Positions 45,459 to 59,526 of a DNA stretch of 64,000 nt are shown here, one piece after another (position 1 is the first letter of the stretch; each line of letters opens with the position of its first letter). A program made the position numbers and the translations under genes. The notes under the pieces were generated by a model. The model was not told the origin of the DNA and did not search any database. It saw nothing but the letters and a program-made list of their open reading frames with translations. Source of the stretch: Escherichia coli. Its GTDB lineage: Bacteria > Pseudomonadota > Gammaproteobacteria > Enterobacterales > Enterobacteriaceae. The stretch is taken from the NCBI RefSeq assembly GCF_024700885.2, contig NZ_CP117016.1. One strand, 5' to 3'.

Positions 45459-45776
45459 AGTTAGCTCCAATTTCCGTAAGGCAAAAAAAAAGAAAGGTAA
45501 CTTCCCCCGCGAGAGGGAAGTTACCTTTCTCATTATCTCTGGTAACTGGAGATAATTTTTATCATAAGGGCATAATCGCTAATGTGATCGTAATCACAGT
45601 GTGATATTCGAATTGTCAAATAATTTTAAAAAGCAGAAGCGTGATTACTCTCACACAACACCACTGCTTTCCATGTTATTTCTTATTGCAATTACTAGAG
45701 ACCTGAGAAAAGTAATCCACCTGAAAGGGCGGCTTACTTTTCTCTTTTTTTTGTCTATTACAAATGGGAATACGAT

Positions 45777-47054
45777 ATGCAACACAACTCATGTCGCCGT
45801 TGGATAACCCTCGCGATAATTAGTTTTAGCGGCGGCGTTAGTTTCGACCTGGCTTATTTACGTTATATTTATCAAATTCCCATGGCGAAATTTATGGGAT
45901 TCAGCAATACCGAGATAGGTTTAATAATGAGTACCTTTGGTATTGCGGCTATTATTCTTTATGCCCCCAGCGGCGTTATTGCCGATAAATTTTCACACCG
46001 CAAAATGATTACTTCCGCGATGATCATTACCGGATTACTGGGTCTGTTAATGGCAACATATCCACCGCTGTGGGTAATGCTCTGTATTCAGGTCGCCTTT
46101 GCGATAACGACGATTTTAATGCTGTGGTCGGTGTCGATTAAAGCCGCCTCGTTGCTGGGCGATCATAGCGAGCAAGGGAAAATTATGGGCTGGATGGAAG
46201 GGCTGCGCGGCGTCGGTGTAATGTCGCTGGCGGTGTTTACCATGTGGGTCTTTTCTCGCTTTGCACCGGATGACAGCGCCAGCCTGAAAACGGTCATTAT
46301 TATCTATAGTGTGGTTTACATTCTGCTGGGCATTTTGTGTTGGTTTTTTGTTAGCGATAACAACAACCTGCGCAATACCAATAACGAAGAAAAACATTCA
46401 TTCCAGCTTAGCGACATCCTGGCCGTTTTGCGCATCAGAACCACCTGGTATTGCAGCATGGTGATTTTTGGTGTCTTCACCATCTACGCCATTCTGAGTT
46501 ACTCCACCAACTATCTGACCGAAATGTACGGCATGTCGCTGGTGGCGGCGAGCTACATGGGGATTGTGATCAACAAAATCTTCCGCGCGCTGTGCGGCCC
46601 ACTTGGTGGCATTATCACCACCTACAGCAAAGTGAAATCCCCTACCCGCGTGATCCAAATCCTTTCCGTACTCGGCTTGCTGGCGTTAACTGCCCTGCTC
46701 GTCACGAACTCTAACCCGCAATCGGTCGCGATGGGGATTGGCCTGATTTTACTGCTGGGATTCACCTGTTACGCCTCACGCGGGCTGTACTGGGCCTGCC
46801 CTGGCGAAGCGAGAACACCGTCTTACATTATGGGCACCACGGTAGGTATTTGTTCGGTGATTGGATTCCTGCCGGATGTCTTCGTTTACCCGATTATCGG
46901 CTACTGGCAAGACACCCTGCCCGCTGCAGAAGCCTACCGCAATATGTGGCTGATGGGCATGGCGGCGCTTGCCATGGTGATCGTCTTTACCTTTTTGCTG
47001 TTCCAAAAAATTCGTACTGCTGATAGCGCCCCTGCTATGGCTAGCAGCAAGTAA
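45777..47054 (+). CDS. yqcE: MFS transporter
   Basis: 425 aa; K-12 synteny. Confidence 0.8.
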   Translation: MQHNSCRRWITLAIISFSGGVSFDLAYLRYIYQIPMAKFMGFSNTEIGLIMSTFGIAAIILYAPSGVIADKFSHRKMITSAMIITGLLGLLMATYPPLWVMLCIQVAFAITTILMLWSVSIKAASLLGDHSEQGKIMGWMEGLRGVGVMSLAVFTMWVFSRFAPDDSASLKTVIIIYSVVYILLGILCWFFVSDNNNLRNTNNEEKHSFQLSDILAVLRIRTTWYCSMVIFGVFTIYAILSYSTNYLTEMYGMSLVAASYMGIVINKIFRALCGPLGGIITTYSKVKSPTRVIQILSVLGLLALTALLVTNSNPQSVAMGIGLILLLGFTCYASRGLYWACPGEARTPSYIMGTTVGICSVIGFLPDVFVYPIIGYWQDTLPAAEAYRNMWLMGMAALAMVIVFTFLLFQKIRTADSAPAMASSK

Positions 47055-47080
47055 GTCCAGAAAATTACAGGAGAAAAATC

Positions 47081-48559
47081 ATGTCGAAAAAATACATCAT
47101 AGGGATTGATGGCGGAAGTCAGAGCACAAAAGTGGTGATGTACGATCTGGAAGGTAACGTGGTTTGCGAAGGCAAAGGCTTATTACAGCCGATGCACACG
47201 CCAGATGCCGATACTGCAGAACATCCTGACGACGATTTATGGGCATCATTATGTTTTGCCGGTCACGATTTGATGAGTCAGTTTGCCGGAAATAAAGAAG
47301 ATATTGTCGGTATTGGTCTGGGATCCATCCGTTGCTGCCGTGCGTTATTGAAAGCCGATGGCACGCCAGCTGCGCCGTTGATTAGCTGGCAGGATGCTCG
47401 CGTTACACGCCCTTACGAACATACGAATCCTGACGTGGCATATGTCACCTCTTTTTCGGGTTATCTGACGCATCGCTTAACCGGCGAGTTTAAAGATAAT
47501 ATCGCCAACTATTTTGGTCAGTGGCCGGTGGATTATAAGAGCTGGGCATGGAGCGAAGAGGCTGCGGTAATGGATAAGTTTAATATCCCCCGTCATATGC
47601 TGTTTGATGTGCAAATGCCTGGCACCGTCCTCGGACATATCACACCACAAGCCGCGCTGGCGACACATTTCCCGGCTGGGCTGCCGGTTGTTTGTACCAC
47701 CAGTGATAAACCGGTAGAAGCACTGGGAGCCGGGTTACTGGATGATGAAACTACGGTAATTTCTCTTGGCACTTACATCGCGTTGATGATGAACGGCAAA
47801 GCACTGCCGAAAGATCCGGTAGCGTACTGGCCGATTATGTCTTCTATTCCGCAAACATTGCTGTATGAAGGTTACGGTATCCGCAAAGGCATGTGGACAG
47901 TGAGCTGGCTGCGCGACATGTTAGGCGAGTCGTTAATTCAGGATGCCAAAGCACAGGATCTTTCACCGGAAGATTTGCTCAACAAAAAAGCGTCTTGTGT
48001 GCCGCCTGGCTGTAATGGTCTGATGACGGTGCTGGACTGGCTGACCAATCCGTGGGAACCGTACAAACGCGGGATTATGATCGGCTTTGATTCCAGCATG
48101 GATTACGCATGGATATATCGTTCGATACTGGAAAGCGTGGCGCTGACGCTGAAGAACAATTACGACAATATGTGTAATGAAATGAATCACTTTGCAAAGC
48201 ATGTGATCATTACTGGCGGCGGTTCGAACAGCGATCTGTTTATGCAGATTTTTGCCGACGTGTTCAACCTTCCGGCACGCCGTAACGCCATTAATGGTTG
48301 TGCAAGTCTGGGGGCAGCGATTAATACGGCGGTAGGTCTGGGGCTATACCCGGATTACGCAACGGCTGTCGACAAAATGGTTCGCGTGAAAGATATCTTT
48401 ATGCCTGTTGAGAGCAACGCCAAACGCTACGACGCGATGAATAAAGGCATTTTCAAAGACCTAACCAAGCACACTGATGTGATCCTGAAAAAATCGTATG
48501 AAGTGATGCATGGTGAGCTGGGGAATGAAGATTCGATCCAGAGCTGGTCGAATGCGTAA
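47081..48559 (+). CDS. ygcE: FGGY-family carbohydrate kinase
   Basis: 492 aa; K-12 synteny. Confidence 0.8.
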   Translation: MSKKYIIGIDGGSQSTKVVMYDLEGNVVCEGKGLLQPMHTPDADTAEHPDDDLWASLCFAGHDLMSQFAGNKEDIVGIGLGSIRCCRALLKADGTPAAPLISWQDARVTRPYEHTNPDVAYVTSFSGYLTHRLTGEFKDNIANYFGQWPVDYKSWAWSEEAAVMDKFNIPRHMLFDVQMPGTVLGHITPQAALATHFPAGLPVVCTTSDKPVEALGAGLLDDETTVISLGTYIALMMNGKALPKDPVAYWPIMSSIPQTLLYEGYGIRKGMWTVSWLRDMLGESLIQDAKAQDLSPEDLLNKKASCVPPGCNGLMTVLDWLTNPWEPYKRGIMIGFDSSMDYAWIYRSILESVALTLKNNYDNMCNEMNHFAKHVIITGGGSNSDLFMQIFADVFNLPARRNAINGCASLGAAINTAVGLGLYPDYATAVDKMVRVKDIFMPVESNAKRYDAMNKGIFKDLTKHTDVILKKSYEVMHGELGNEDSIQSWSNA

Positions 48560-48605
48560 GTGAGGAAGGCCGGGCGGGAAACTGCCCGGCCTGAACATAC
48601 CTGAA

Positions 48606-48877
48606 TGGTTATCCCCGCTGACGCGGGGAACTCGCCAGTGCCTGGTCATATGTGTAACACCTATCCGGTTTATCCCCGCTCGCGCGGGGAACTCTTGCTG
48701 TATAGAGATTATCGGCGTGGGATTGTCGGTTTATCCCCGCTCGCGCGGGGAACTCGTTTGCGGCTTGCAAACATTTTAATGCGTATTCGGTTTATCCCCG
48801 CTCGCGCGGGGAACTCCCAGCCCGACACAAATAATGCAGCATTGCGCGCGGTTTATCCCCGCTCGCGCGGGGAACTC
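48606..48877 (-). CRISPR. Orphan type I-E-like CRISPR array: 4 intact 29-bp repeats plus 1 degenerate terminal repeat, four 32-bp spacers; AT-rich leader on the right (transcribed on minus strand)
   Basis: Repeats CGGTTTATCCCCGCTCGCGCGGGGAACTC at 48666-48694, 48727-48755, 48788-48816, 48849-48877; degenerate copy at 48606-48633. Spacers at 48634-48665, 48695-48726, 48756-48787, 48817-48848. Reverse complement matches the E. coli I-E repeat except one loop base. No cas genes in the window. Confidence 0.9.
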
Positions 48878-49216
48878 TCTAAACATAACCTATTATTAAT
48901 TAATGATTTTTTAAGCCAGTCACAATCTACCAACTTTACAGTATCACACAAACAACACATCTATTATGTTAAAGAGCACTTAATCCATTGATTGAAAAGG
49001 TAAATATTTAAAATAACTCTATACAAACTAAAATCTACCAAACTCCGACGTAATAATTTTCACCTCAGAGAAAAATTAACGCCACAGAATTTGTAGAGAA
49101 TGACAATGATTAGTCCGGAATGGGCAAAATGGATGAGTTTTCAGAGGCGACAAAAAATATAAATGAGTGGAAGTCTTTACAGGTTCCACCCATTTATAAC
49201 GCATATAAATGTGTAA

Positions 49217-49888
49217 TCAGGCAATATTTAAATATTTATGTGTTTGCATCGACAAACGCCAGTTACGCGCAATGCAAGTTTCAATGCACAAACGTGTGGC
49301 ATCATCCTTTTGGCTAATCGGCTGCAGTGCAATGACTCGCGGTTTATCATCGGTCAGCGTCGCAAGCAATTCATCCAGTGCTTCGATATCACGTACGCGT
49401 CCAACTGGGTGTTTGATTTCGTTAGCTCGCTCCAGGGCTTGCGACAATACTTCATAACCACCACGCATATTTAGCTTTGGCGACACGGTGACCCAGGTAT
49501 TCGACGTACAACGCACTTCATGAGTACCGCTGGTTTCTATCTGGCAACTGAAACCGTTCTTTTCGAGCAGATCAGTTAGTGGCATCAAGTCATGAATACA
49601 AGGTTCACCACCCGTAATCACCACGTGACGCGCGGTGTATCCCTGACGACCGATGACTGCGAGTAAGTCTTCACTGCTTGCTGCTCCCCACTTATCACTC
49701 TCTTTCGTTTTACCCAGAATGCTGAAAAGGGAAACTTCCCGATCCTCAAGCTTTTCCCATGTGTGTTTGGTGTCGCACCAGGCACAGCCGACCGGGCATC
49801 CCTGTAAACGAATAAAAATGGCGGGAACGCCGGTAAAGTAACCCTCACCTTGCAGGGTCTGGAACATCTCGTTAATCGGGTACTGCAT
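49217..49888 (-). CDS. queE: 7-carboxy-7-deazaguanine synthase (radical SAM)
   Basis: 223 aa, radical-SAM cysteine motif CPVGCAWCD. Confidence 0.9.
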   Translation of the reverse strand: MQYPINEMFQTLQGEGYFTGVPAIFIRLQGCPVGCAWCDTKHTWEKLEDREVSLFSILGKTKESDKWGAASSEDLLAVIGRQGYTARHVVITGGEPCIHDLMPLTDLLEKNGFSCQIETSGTHEVRCTSNTWVTVSPKLNMRGGYEVLSQALERANEIKHPVGRVRDIEALDELLATLTDDKPRVIALQPISQKDDATRLCIETCIARNWRLSMQTHKYLNIA

Positions 49889-50181
49889 AGCATTCTCTGT
49901 GAAGTGGATAATTGTTAATTATTGCAGATCCTGCCACAACAATCATGTCTTATTAACATTCTGTTACAGGCAGGTTTAAAGAAAAATGAGAAACAGATCG
50001 TTAATAATAAAAGGGAGTAACGTATTATGTCAGAAATAAATAAAGTAAAGGGATTTAATCATGTCAAAAACATTCACCAAAATTATACTTATTTTTTCTG
50101 TGTTCGTTTTTAATTATAACGAATCTCAAATTACCGATGCCGCCGTCAATTTATTTATCCAGCTTTAATGGGACATTTATA

Positions 50182-51054
50182 ATGCGCTATTTCATACCAA
50201 TATTCACATTCGTGTGTTCCTTTGTTGCAGCCCAACCAACTATTGTCCCATCATTACAGCAACAAGTTACGGATCTTACGAGTAGCTTAAACTCACAAGA
50301 AAAGAAAGAACTGACGTACAAGTTAGAATCTATTTTCAATAATACCCAAGTGCAAATTGCTGTATTAATTGTTCCCACAACCAAAGACGAGACAATTGAA
50401 AAATATGCTACACGGGTTTTTGACAATTGGCGTTTAGGAGATGCCAAACGTAATGATGGGATACTGATCATTGTTGCCTGGTCGGATCGTACTGTCCGCA
50501 TCCAGGTAGGTTATGGGCTGGAAGAAAAGGTAACCGATGCTCTGGCTGGAGATATCATCCGTAGCAACATGATACCCGCATTTAAACAACAAAAATTAGC
50601 TCAGGGATTAGAGCTAGCTATAAACGCTTTGAATAACCAACTCACTTCACAACACCAATATCCGGCTAATCCTTCAGAAATTGAATCAGCGTCTTCCAGT
50701 GATCATTATTACTTTGCTATTTTTTGGGTATTTGCAGTGATGTTCTTCCCTTTCTGGTTTTTTCATCAAGGCAGTAATTTTTGTCGCGCATGTAAAAGCA
50801 GTGTCTGTATTTCAGCAATCTATCTTTTAGATTTATTCCTGTTCTCCGATAAAACTTTTTCCATTGCTGTATTTTTCTTCTTTTTTACTTTCACCACCAT
50901 TATGGTCTTTACCTGTTTATGTGTACTTCAGAAAAAAGCATCTGGTAGAAGTTATCATTCAGACAACAGCGGTTCCGGTGGCGGCTCAAGTGGCGGCGGA
51001 TTTAGCGGCGGGGGCGGTTCTTCTGGCGGTGGCGGCGCGTCCGGTCGCTGGTAA
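50182..51054 (+). CDS. ygcG: TPM-domain membrane protein with Gly/Ser-rich C-terminal tail
   Basis: Trimmed to MRYFIPIF... (290 aa). Confidence 0.8.
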   Translation: MRYFIPIFTFVCSFVAAQPTIVPSLQQQVTDLTSSLNSQEKKELTYKLESIFNNTQVQIAVLIVPTTKDETIEKYATRVFDNWRLGDAKRNDGILIIVAWSDRTVRIQVGYGLEEKVTDALAGDIIRSNMIPAFKQQKLAQGLELAINALNNQLTSQHQYPANPSEIESASSSDHYYFAIFWVFAVMFFPFWFFHQGSNFCRACKSSVCISAIYLLDLFLFSDKTFSIAVFFFFFTFTTIMVFTCLCVLQKKASGRSYHSDNSGSGGGSSGGGFSGGGGSSGGGGASGRW

Positions 51055-51113
51055 CTCAACCATAAAAAATGCCAGCCCGAAGGCTGGCATTTTTAAATCA
51101 GATAAAGTCAGAC

Positions 51114-52427
<1,314 letters not shown>

Positions 52428-52499
52428 TCACTAGTTAAACTGAAACTCCAGACAAACAACGCGTACCCAGGGTACGCGTTGCCGTTCTAACTTTTTTAC

Positions 52500-54152
<1,653 letters not shown>

Positions 54153-54363
54153 TTAGGTTGAAAAGACGATGGAATAACCAGGACGGGAAAGCAGTATACC
54201 CGAACATGACCTGTGCCACAAACTTTCATTATCCCTCCTCTTCGCCAGCGCACTATTGAAATCAGGAGTGAGAAAATAGCCCCTTTGGGGTAAATGTTTT
54301 TGACGCAAATCAAGCGCTTGTCATTTAAAAATGACACAAATGGCGCTTGACCGCGTAATTCCC

Positions 54364-55155
54364 TTAGAGATCAATTTCCTGCCGTTTTACCTGTTGCCAG
54401 ACTTCTTCCATTGTTTCGAGGTCAACACCTGTCATTTCCAGTCCACGCGCGGCAACAATACGCTCCACTTCGCGAAAACGACGCTCGAATTTTTCGTTCG
54501 CTTTTTGCAATGCGATTTCCGCTTTTGTCCCTAAATGACGAGCCAGATTGACTGTGGCAAACAGCAGGTCACCCATTTCCTCCTCCAGTTTAGCCTGGTC
54601 GACAACAGCCTGCCGCGCTTCGTACATCACCTCATCGATCTCTTCGTAGACTTTATCGACTACCGGGCCAAGCGTCGTCCAGTCGAAGCCAACGTTGGCG
54701 CAACGTTTCTGGATTTTTTGTGCGCGCATTAAGGCGGGTAAACTACGAGGAATATCGTCCAGCGCCGAATGCTGCGCTTTTTGCGCGCGCTCTTCGGTTT
54801 TGATCTCCTCCCAACGGGCGAGAACTTCGCGGCTGTTTCCGGCAGAACTGTCAGCAAAAACATGCGGATGGCGACGTTCTAATTTATCGCTGATCGCGGC
54901 GCAAATATCATTAAAGTCAAAGCGCCCTTCTTCCTGGGCCATTTGTGCGTAAAACACCACCTGGAACAGCAGATCGCCGAGTTCACCGCGCAGATCGTCA
55001 AAATCTTCACGGGCAATGGCGTCCAGCACTTCGTAGGTTTCTTCAAGGGTGTAAGGCGCAATGGTGGCAAATGTCTGCTCTTTATCCCACGGGCAGCCGT
55101 TTTCCGGGTCGCGCAGGCGCTGCATAATAGTGAGCAAACGGTCGATTTGATTCAT
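54364..55155 (-). CDS. mazG: Nucleoside triphosphate pyrophosphohydrolase MazG
   Basis: 263 aa; downstream of mazEF. Confidence 0.9.
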   Translation of the reverse strand: MNQIDRLLTIMQRLRDPENGCPWDKEQTFATIAPYTLEETYEVLDAIAREDFDDLRGELGDLLFQVVFYAQMAQEEGRFDFNDICAAISDKLERRHPHVFADSSAGNSREVLARWEEIKTEERAQKAQHSALDDIPRSLPALMRAQKIQKRCANVGFDWTTLGPVVDKVYEEIDEVMYEARQAVVDQAKLEEEMGDLLFATVNLARHLGTKAEIALQKANEKFERRFREVERIVAARGLEMTGVDLETMEEVWQQVKRQEIDL

Positions 55156-55225
55156 TGAATTGTCCTGAAAATTGCGGGTCTGTCAGGTGGAAACCTGTGA
55201 CCAGAATAGAAGTGAGTAAGTAACA

Positions 55226-55561
55226 CTACCCAATCAGCACGTTAATTTTGGCTTTAATGAGCTGTAATTCCTCTGGGGCAACCTTTCCTTTCTTCGTTGC
55301 TCCTCTTGCCCGCCAGGCGATACTTTTTACCTGATCAGCTAACGCTACGCCATCACGTTCCTGACCGGATAGAACAACTTCGAACGGATATCCTTTTGAT
55401 TGCGTTGTACAAGGAACACACAGACACATACCTGTTTTGTTGTTGTACATGAACGGACTCAGGACAACAGCCGGACGATGTCCGGCTTGCTCGCTACCTT
55501 TTGTCGGGTCAAAATCAACCCAAATCAGATCGCCCATATCGGGTACGTATCGGCTTACCAT
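55226..55561 (-). CDS. mazF: mRNA interferase toxin MazF
   Basis: 111 aa, [19 protein letters not shown]. Confidence 0.9.
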   Translation of the reverse strand: MVSRYVPDMGDLIWVDFDPTKGSEQAGHRPAVVLSPFMYNNKTGMCLCVPCTTQSKGYPFEVVLSGQERDGVALADQVKSIAWRARGATKKGKVAPEELQLIKAKINVLIG

Positions 55562-55809
55562 TACCAGACTTCCTTATCTTTCGGCTCTCCCCAGTCGATA
55601 TTCTCGTGGAGGTTTTCCGGCGTGATGTCGTTGACCAGTTCAGCAAGCGTAAATACGGGCTCTTTACGCACTGGCTCAATAATTAATTTGCCATCCACCA
55701 GGTCAATCTTCACTTCATCATCAATATTCAGATTGAGCGCCTGCATTAACGTAGCCGGGATCCGCACCGCTGGTGAATTTCCCCAACGCTTTACGCTACT
55801 GTGGATCAT
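55561..55809 (-). CDS. mazE: Antitoxin MazE
   Basis: 82 aa, [18 protein letters not shown]; 1-nt overlap with mazF. Confidence 0.9.
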
Positions 55810-55830
55810 AACCCTTTCCTCAAACCGCTA

Positions 55831-55880
55831 TCATATGTAGATACAGTATATATCAATCTACATTGTAGATACGAGCTAAT
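55831..55880. promoter_or_regulatory. mazEF promoter/operator region with alternating palindrome
   Basis: TGTAGATA direct and inverted copies (ATCATATGTAGATACAGTATATATCAATCTACATTGTAGATAC) between relA and mazE. Confidence 0.4.
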
Positions 55881-55886
55881 TTCGGC

Positions 55887-58121
55887 CTAACTCCCGTGCA
55901 ACCGACGCGCGTCGATAACGTCTGGCACCTGATTGAGTTTACCCAGCACGCGGCCCAGCACTTGCAGATTGTAAATCTCAATGGTCATGTCGATGGTCGC
56001 CAGTTGCTGTTTGGTGTCGCTACGGCTGGCAACGCCAAGTACGTTCACCTTCTCGTTGGCGAGAATGGTCGTGATATCACGTAACAACCCACTACGATCA
56101 TTAGCCACCACGCGGACCACCAGCGAATATCCGGCGGAGTAGCTCTCGCCCCATACCGCGTCAACAATGCGTTCTGGCGCATGGGAGCGCAGTTCCGCCA
56201 GTTGCTCACAGTCTGCACGATGCACTGAAATACCGCGTCCCTGAGTAATGAAACCAACAATTTCATCACCAGGAATCGGCTGACAGCAGCGCGCGATGTG
56301 GTGCATCAGGTTACCGACCCCTTCAACCACCACACGACCGTTATCTTTACTGCGGTTTTGCGGCGTATAGCTTTTTTGCTGAAGTTGCTTCAGCGCGGCG
56401 GCATCCTGCTCTTCGGCACTCGGCTTATTAAATTGCGATTGCAGGAAGTTCACCATCTGATTGAGACGGATATCCCCGCCACCAATTGCCGCCAGCAACT
56501 CGTCGACATCATTGAAGTTGTAACGCGGCAGCAGATGTTTTTCTGCTTCTTTCAGGCTGATCCCCAGATGTTCCAGCTCGTCGTCAAGGATTTGCCGCCC
56601 AGCCAGAATGTTTTTGTCACGGTCCTGTTTACGGAACCAGGCGTGAATTTTCGAACGCCCACGGCTGGTTGTGACGTAACCGAGGTTTGGGTTTAACCAG
56701 TCACGGCTGGGGTTCGGCTGTTTCTGGGTAATAATTTCAATCTGGTCTCCCATCTGCAGCTGGTAGGTGAACGGCACAATGCGCCCGCCTATTTTTGCCC
56801 CGATGCAGCGGTGCCCGACATCACTGTGGATGTGGTAAGCGAAGTCCAGCGGCGTTGATCCCGCAGGCAAATCAACGACGTCACCTTTCGGCGTAAAGAC
56901 GTACACCCGGTCGTCAAAGACCTGGCTGCGTACTTCGTCGAGCATTTCGCCGGAATCAGCCATCTCTTCCTGCCACGCAATCAGTTTACGCAGCCAGGCA
57001 ATTCGGTCTTCATGTCCCGAACGTGCGCCGCCAGCTGCCGCGCCCTCTTTATATTTCCAGTGCGCAGCAACACCCAACTCTGCATCTTCATGCATCTGTT
57101 TGGTGCGGATTTGGATCTCTACGGTTTTGCCACCTGGTCCCAGAACCACGGTATGAATAGACTGATAACCGTTTGGTTTCGGGTTAGCGACGTAATCGTC
57201 AAACTCATCCGGCAGGTGGCGATAGTGAGTGTGCACTATCCCCAGTGCGGCATAACAATCCTGTAAACGCTCGGCGACAATACGTACCGCACGCACATCA
57301 AACAGCTCATCGAAGGCGAGGTTCTTTTTCTGCATTTTGCGCCAGATGCTGTAGATGTGTTTCGGACGACCATACACTTCAGCTTTAACGCCTTCAGCTT
57401 TCATCTCAGCGCGCAGATGGCCGACAAACTCTTCGATATAGTGTTCGCGGTCGAGACGGCGTTCATGCAGCAGTTTTGCGATGCGTTTGTATTCGGTCGG
57501 GTGGAGATAACGGAAGCAGTAATCTTCCAGCTCCCATTTCAGTTGTCCAATCCCAAGACGGTTCGCCAACGGCGCGTAGATATTGGTGCACTCTTTTGCC
57601 GCCAGTACGCGTTCATCTTCCGGCGCGTCTTTTACTTCGCGCAGATGAGCAATACGCTCTGCCAGTTTGATGACCACGCAGCGAAAATCATCGACCATCG
57701 CCAATAACATCCGGCGAACGTTATCGACCTGTTCGGAGGAAACAGAATCGGTATGCGTCGCTTTCAGCTGGCGGATCGCCGCCATATCACGCACGCCGTG
57801 AATAAGGTTAACGACCGACTTACCGACGCACTCACGCAGCACATCTTCGCTGACTACGTTGGCATCCGCCAGAGGGAACAGCAGCGCCGCCCGCAGCGTG
57901 TCAATGTCCATACTTAATGTCGAGAGGATCTCCACCATCTCAACACCACGCCACAATAACAGACTGGCATCCGGATGCCCCTGCGTCTGTTGCAGACAAT
58001 ACGCCCAGGTTTCGGCTAAGCACTCACACGACTTCTGGCTGGTAATACCCAGACTTGCGATCCATTTTTCCGGATCAAATTCACCAGCCTTATTGATATG
58101 TGCACTTCTTACCGCAACCAT
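55887..58121 (-). CDS. relA: GTP pyrophosphokinase ((p)ppGpp synthetase I)
   Basis: 744 aa; K-12 synteny. Confidence 0.95.
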   Translation of the reverse strand: MVAVRSAHINKAGEFDPEKWIASLGITSQKSCECLAETWAYCLQQTQGHPDASLLLWRGVEMVEILSTLSMDIDTLRAALLFPLADANVVSEDVLRECVGKSVVNLIHGVRDMAAIRQLKATHTDSVSSEQVDNVRRMLLAMVDDFRCVVIKLAERIAHLREVKDAPEDERVLAAKECTNIYAPLANRLGIGQLKWELEDYCFRYLHPTEYKRIAKLLHERRLDREHYIEEFVGHLRAEMKAEGVKAEVYGRPKHIYSIWRKMQKKNLAFDELFDVRAVRIVAERLQDCYAALGIVHTHYRHLPDEFDDYVANPKPNGYQSIHTVVLGPGGKTVEIQIRTKQMHEDAELGVAAHWKYKEGAAAGGARSGHEDRIAWLRKLIAWQEEMADSGEMLDEVRSQVFDDRVYVFTPKGDVVDLPAGSTPLDFAYHIHSDVGHRCIGAKIGGRIVPFTYQLQMGDQIEIITQKQPNPSRDWLNPNLGYVTTSRGRSKIHAWFRKQDRDKNILAGRQILDDELEHLGISLKEAEKHLLPRYNFNDVDELLAAIGGGDIRLNQMVNFLQSQFNKPSAEEQDAAALKQLQQKSYTPQNRSKDNGRVVVEGVGNLMHHIARCCQPIPGDEIVGFITQGRGISVHRADCEQLAELRSHAPERIVDAVWGESYSAGYSLVVRVVANDRSGLLRDITTILANEKVNVLGVASRSDTKQQLATIDMTIEIYNLQVLGRVLGKLNQVPDVIDARRLHGS

Positions 58122-58168
58122 CGTCCTCTCCTTTAGGGACCAGACCTGCCGAAATCGGCAAATCGCAA

Positions 58169-59470
58169 CTATTTAACGCGCGAGAAAAGTACCATCGATT
58201 CCAGATGTCCCGTGTGTGGGAACATATCCAGCATCGCCAGTCGCGCAATGGTATATCCTGCTTTTAATAACGCTTCGCTATCCCGAGCCAGCGTTGCAGG
58301 GTTACAGGATACATAAACTATACGAATAGGTTCCAGTTTTATAATTTGCTGCATAACACCTGCGGCACCTGCTCGCGCCGGGTCCAGCAACACTTTATCG
58401 AAGCCGTTTTTCGCCCACGGCTGCTTTGTGACATCTTCTTCAAGATTTTCGTGATAAAACGTCACATTGTGTAAGCCATTAAGACGCGCATTCTGCTGGC
58501 CTTTTTCCACCAGCGCCGGAACACCTTCTACACCCACCACACTGGCAGCTTGTGTCGCTAATGGCAGTGTAAAGTTGCCCATACCGCAGAACAAATCCAG
58601 TACGCGATCTTCAGGTTGCACATCCAGCCATTCCAACGCACGCGCTACCATTTTTTGGTTCACACCCGCATTGACCTGAATAAAATCGCGCGGGCTAAAA
58701 GTTAAGCGCAACCCGTTTGAGTCATACCAGGGCATCTCACCAGCGACGGTTTCGAGTATCTCACTATCGGGGGCGAGATACAGATCCAGGCCTTCAGAAT
58801 GCGAAAAGCGTTCCAGTTTTTCGCGATCAGCCGAACTTAGCGGTGCGGTATGGCGCAAAATCATCAGCGTGCCGCTGGTTGCCTGTACCAGTTCAACATG
58901 ACCAAGATGGCGCATAGCTTGTAAGCTGTCCAGGCATGCCCTGACTTTGGGCAGCAATGCTTCAAGTTGGGGCACTAAAATGGGGCATTGTTTAACGTCG
59001 ACAATGTCACTGGAGCCCGCTTTGCGAAACCCCATCTGAAGTTGCTGTGTTTTCGGTAAGTAGTTCAGACTTAAACGCGCGCGACGGCGATAGCCCCAGG
59101 GAACATCGGCGATCACTTCAGAGACTTCGTGTTTCATTAATCGGGCGAGTGCCGCACTTTTGCTTCGCTGCTGTAAATCCACGCTGGCGTGTTGTTGCTG
59201 ACAGCCGCCGCATACGCCAAAATGAGGGCAGCGTGGCGTTTCGCGTTCCGGGCTATCGCTTAACCGGCGCACGACTTTAGCGCGGGCGTATTGTTTTTTA
59301 TCTTCAGTAACAGTAACTTCCGCGTTTTCCTGTGGCAATAATCCAGGAATAAATAACGCTTTGCCGTTATGTCGTGCCACGCCCTGACCAAAAGAGTCGA
59401 GGTCGTTGACTGAAACAGTTATGATCTGACGCGTCGTCGTGCGTCGTTTTGCAGAGTAGAATTGCGCCAT
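58169..59470 (-). CDS. rlmD: 23S rRNA (uracil1939-C5)-methyltransferase
   Basis: 433 aa, TRAM plus methyltransferase domains. Confidence 0.9.
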   Translation of the reverse strand: MAQFYSAKRRTTTRQIITVSVNDLDSFGQGVARHNGKALFIPGLLPQENAEVTVTEDKKQYARAKVVRRLSDSPERETPRCPHFGVCGGCQQQHASVDLQQRSKSAALARLMKHEVSEVIADVPWGYRRRARLSLNYLPKTQQLQMGFRKAGSSDIVDVKQCPILVPQLEALLPKVRACLDSLQAMRHLGHVELVQATSGTLMILRHTAPLSSADREKLERFSHSEGLDLYLAPDSEILETVAGEMPWYDSNGLRLTFSPRDFIQVNAGVNQKMVARALEWLDVQPEDRVLDLFCGMGNFTLPLATQAASVVGVEGVPALVEKGQQNARLNGLHNVTFYHENLEEDVTKQPWAKNGFDKVLLDPARAGAAGVMQQIIKLEPIRIVYVSCNPATLARDSEALLKAGYTIARLAMLDMFPHTGHLESMVLFSRVK

Positions 59471-59526
59471 TGGCGAGACTTTCTCAATTTAACAGTGTGA
59501 CCTTAATTGTCCCATAACGGAACTCC

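Noticed and set aside
48600-49216. Possible cas genes adjacent to the CRISPR array
   Set aside because: No Cas1/Cas2/Cas3-like ORF anywhere in the window; the flanks are ygcE and queE, so the array is orphan here.
50941-51054. Gly/Ser-rich run at the end of ygcG as a repeat element
   Set aside because: Low-complexity coding sequence ([10 protein letters not shown]...) in frame in a protein tail, not a mobile or regulatory repeat.
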